Assembly: GCA_022184915.1 (NCBI GenBank)
Contig: JAGTJU010000008.1
Coordinates: 81,232 to 145,231 of the forward strand
DNA length: 64,000 nt
Direction: 5' to 3'
Source of the DNA: Myxococcales bacterium
GTDB lineage: Bacteria > Myxococcota_A > Polyangia > Fen-1088
Positions within the stretch are counted from its first letter, which is position 1; every line of letters starts with the position of its first letter. The notes beneath the pieces were generated by a model, which saw only the letters and a program-made list of their open reading frames with translations, made no database searches and was not told where the DNA came from. A program made the translations under genes and the position numbers. Shown here piece after piece: positions 57,783 through 64,000 of this stretch.

Positions 57783-58859
57783 ATGGCGCCCAAAAATGCC
57801 CGAAAGGGCCCTCGTGAAACGAACCACTCCGTGCTCCGGCAGGCCATGATTCGGCGGCTGCCGCGCAGGGTCGCCGCATCGGGACGAATGTTTTTTCCAG
57901 CGGTGCCCTCCCTGGCGGACCACTACGCGGAGGTCATGCACAAAACGTTTGCCGTCCTGGGTCGCTACTTCAACCGAGACGAGACGAACCGAATCCGCGA
58001 GCTCCTGAAAAAGAAGGCTGACGAGGCCTTCGCCCAATCCCCCTACGCCCGCCTCGTCGTCGACTACCACACCGACGATCCTCCCGCGACCTCATTGACC
58101 TACAAGATTTCGATCGAGGAAAGCTCCGTCGAAGCAGAGTACGAGCGCTGGACGAAGAGTCGGACGCCCCCACTTTTCGGAACCCATCCAGACGCCAAAG
58201 TGATGAACCTGGCGCGGTCTTTGGGGGAACCTGCCGCTGTGCCTGTGCTCGACGTCGGCGCGGGGACTGGACGCAACAGTCTACCGCTCGCACGTGAGGG
58301 ATTTCCCGTCGATGCCGTCGAGTTGGCGCCAGCGTTGGTGGAAATCCTCGCCCGCGACGCGAACGCGGAGAGTCTGCCCGTTCGCATCGTCCAGGGCGAC
58401 GCGGTCTCAGGACAACTCGACCTCCGCAAAAGCCACTACAAGCTCGTTTTCCTGTCTGAAGTGATCGCCTCGCACATCCGTGACGTGCCCTCCTGTCGCA
58501 CGATTTTCGAGGAAGCGGCGGCCGCGCTGGCGCCCGGCGGTCTTCTCGCCTTCAACGCCTTCATGGCCACGCCCGCTTACTTCCCCGATCCCCTTACGCG
58601 AGAGCTGTCACAGGTTTTCTGGTGCGTCGCGTTCACACAGAAAGACATGAAGGCCGCAATGGAGGGTTTGCCCTTCGAGCTCATCTCCGACGAGGCCTGC
58701 CTCGAGTTCGAGCGAGAGCACTTGAAGGATGAGCAGTGGCCCCCCACTGGGTGGTTCGAGGATTGGGCTCAGGGTCAGGATCTCTTCGACATTCCTGACG
58801 GCAAGTCGCCCCTCGAGCTTCGCTGGTTGGTCTATCGGAAGACCTCGGGCGAGCCGTGA
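57783..58859 (+). CDS. Class I SAM-dependent methyltransferase with an N-terminal extension
   Basis: VLDVGAGTGRN motif I and VDAVE. Start may be ATG 57846. Confidence 0.8.
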   Translation: MAPKNARKGPRETNHSVLRQAMIRRLPRRVAASGRMFFPAVPSLADHYAEVMHKTFAVLGRYFNRDETNRIRELLKKKADEAFAQSPYARLVVDYHTDDPPATSLTYKISIEESSVEAEYERWTKSRTPPLFGTHPDAKVMNLARSLGEPAAVPVLDVGAGTGRNSLPLAREGFPVDAVELAPALVEILARDANAESLPVRIVQGDAVSGQLDLRKSHYKLVFLSEVIASHIRDVPSCRTIFEEAAAALAPGGLLAFNAFMATPAYFPDPLTRELSQVFWCVAFTQKDMKAAMEGLPFELISDEACLEFEREHLKDEQWPPTGWFEDWAQGQDLFDIPDGKSPLELRWLVYRKTSGEP

Positions 58860-59035
58860 TGGTGGACTTCGCCGACCTCCACGGGACTGGCTGAGAAGCC
58901 TCCGGCAGCGATGAGCACATCCCTGGGCTCGTCGGCCGCGTCTCGTCCCTCTTCCCCGCGCCGTAGGCGCGGGGGAGAGGGCCCGGGAGAGGGGGCCTGC
59001 TGAGCAGCAACATGCGTTTGGCGCTTCGAAAAGCG

Positions 59036-59065
59036 AAACGCCCCAGACATAGGTCTGGGGCGTTT
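59036..59065 (-). terminator. rRNA operon terminator
   Basis: AAACGCCCCAGAC/GTCTGGGGCGTTT is a perfect 13-bp inverted repeat just past the 5S 3' end; the minus strand continues CGCTTTT. Confidence 0.8.
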
Positions 59066-59077
59066 CAACGAAATAGC

Positions 59078-59193
<116 letters not shown>

Positions 59194-59426
59194 AAATCTT
59201 AGTGACTCGAGAACAGAAACGCGATTCACACGTTGTTCGTGTCAGGAATCGAGGCCCGCTCTCATTCACAGAGCTTCGGGCTCGACCTTTATTGCAGACG
59301 ACGTCGCATATTCTGTAGACCAGGACACCCGCTTGGGTGTCCAAGCCTTACATTGCCTCTTCGTGCGCTGGCTTCCAGCTTTTCAACTGAACACCAGACC
59401 AAGCCGTAAGAGGTAGAAAATAAGGC

Positions 59427-62384
<2,958 letters not shown>

Positions 62385-62666
62385 GCCAACCTGTTGTGCT
62401 GATCCGGGAAGAGCACTTGTCTCTTCGCAGATTCATCACGAATCGATTTGCGGTGCCAGAATTCGCGACACGCCGTCTACAATTTCAAGTCGAGACCGAA
62501 GCTCCAAGAAGGAAACCTTCGTCTCGATTCCTCAACGCATTTCTTTATCTCTCTCGAGTCACGCTTTCGCGTCTTCGTTGATATTCAGTTTTCAGAGATC
62601 CGTCTGCAACGTCCATACGAGCAGACTCTCGAAGTGTTCCCACTCATCGTGGGAACGAAACTTTTG

Positions 62667-62739
62667 TGGAGCGTAAGGGAATCGAACCCTTGACCCTCGG
62701 CTTGCAAAGCCGATGCTCTCCCAGCTGAGCTAACGCCCC
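62667..62739 (-). tRNA. tRNA-Ala (TGC)
   Basis: GGGGCGTTAGCTCAGCTGGGAGAGCATCGGCTTTGCAAGCCGAGGGTCAAGGGTTCGATTCCCTTACGCTCCA, with the G3:U70 identity pair. CCA is not encoded. Confidence 0.97.
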
Positions 62740-62778
62740 GAAACAATCCTTGTACGGGGCTCACGAACTCACAAGCAG

Positions 62779-62853
<75 letters not shown>

Positions 62854-63010
62854 AGTACGCGCAACTCGCCAGTTACGCGGCCCTTACACGCACTTTCAAC
62901 ACGCTCAAAGAACATGTCGGGCCCTCAAAGCTGAACAGCGAACTGAGAAACTTGAAACCAAGAGACTGACCTGAGATGAAGAGGGACCCGAGGGTCGCTC
63001 TTAAATCTCC

Positions 63011-64000
<990 letters not shown>

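Overview
GC-rich bacterial DNA that reads as Myxococcota-like (inference from tandem Hanks-type kinases, an FHA-sigma54 activator, an ECF/TPR anti-sigma module and the rRNA sequence; no database search was run). From left to right: (i) housekeeping and envelope genes (ICL/PEP-mutase family enzyme, CNT nucleoside transporter, small amidase); (ii) a ~2 kb lower-GC islet with a DUF3800-like RNase H-fold gene, a compact three-hairpin RNA-like element overlapping its stop codon, and a decayed gene; (iii) ada/ogt-like gene, EamA transporter and a complete minCDE set; (iv) class II DAHP synthase and a 2H phosphoesterase; (v) an operon of lipoprotein, porin, cupredoxin-like protein and two Ser/Thr kinases; (vi) assorted regulators, TerC, SDR, deoC, LamG proteins and an ECF sigma module; (vii) a ~25 kb type VI secretion locus (tssA-H, J-M, tagF, tagJ, tagH/fha; no vgrG/PAAR in the window) preceded by an amidase/M23-like gene and two degenerate-FHA genes; (viii) a minus-strand rRNA operon (16S partial, tRNA-Ile, tRNA-Ala, 23S, 5S). 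The 16S gene breaks off at ~63467 and joins the middle of a frameshifted AcrB-family gene, most likely a chimeric assembly junction. No CRISPR array, transposase or integrase was seen. The best novelty candidates are the DUF3800 + ncRNA module, the T6SS accessory genes (TagH linker repeats, amidase, FHA pair) and the Min system in a probable myxobacterium.
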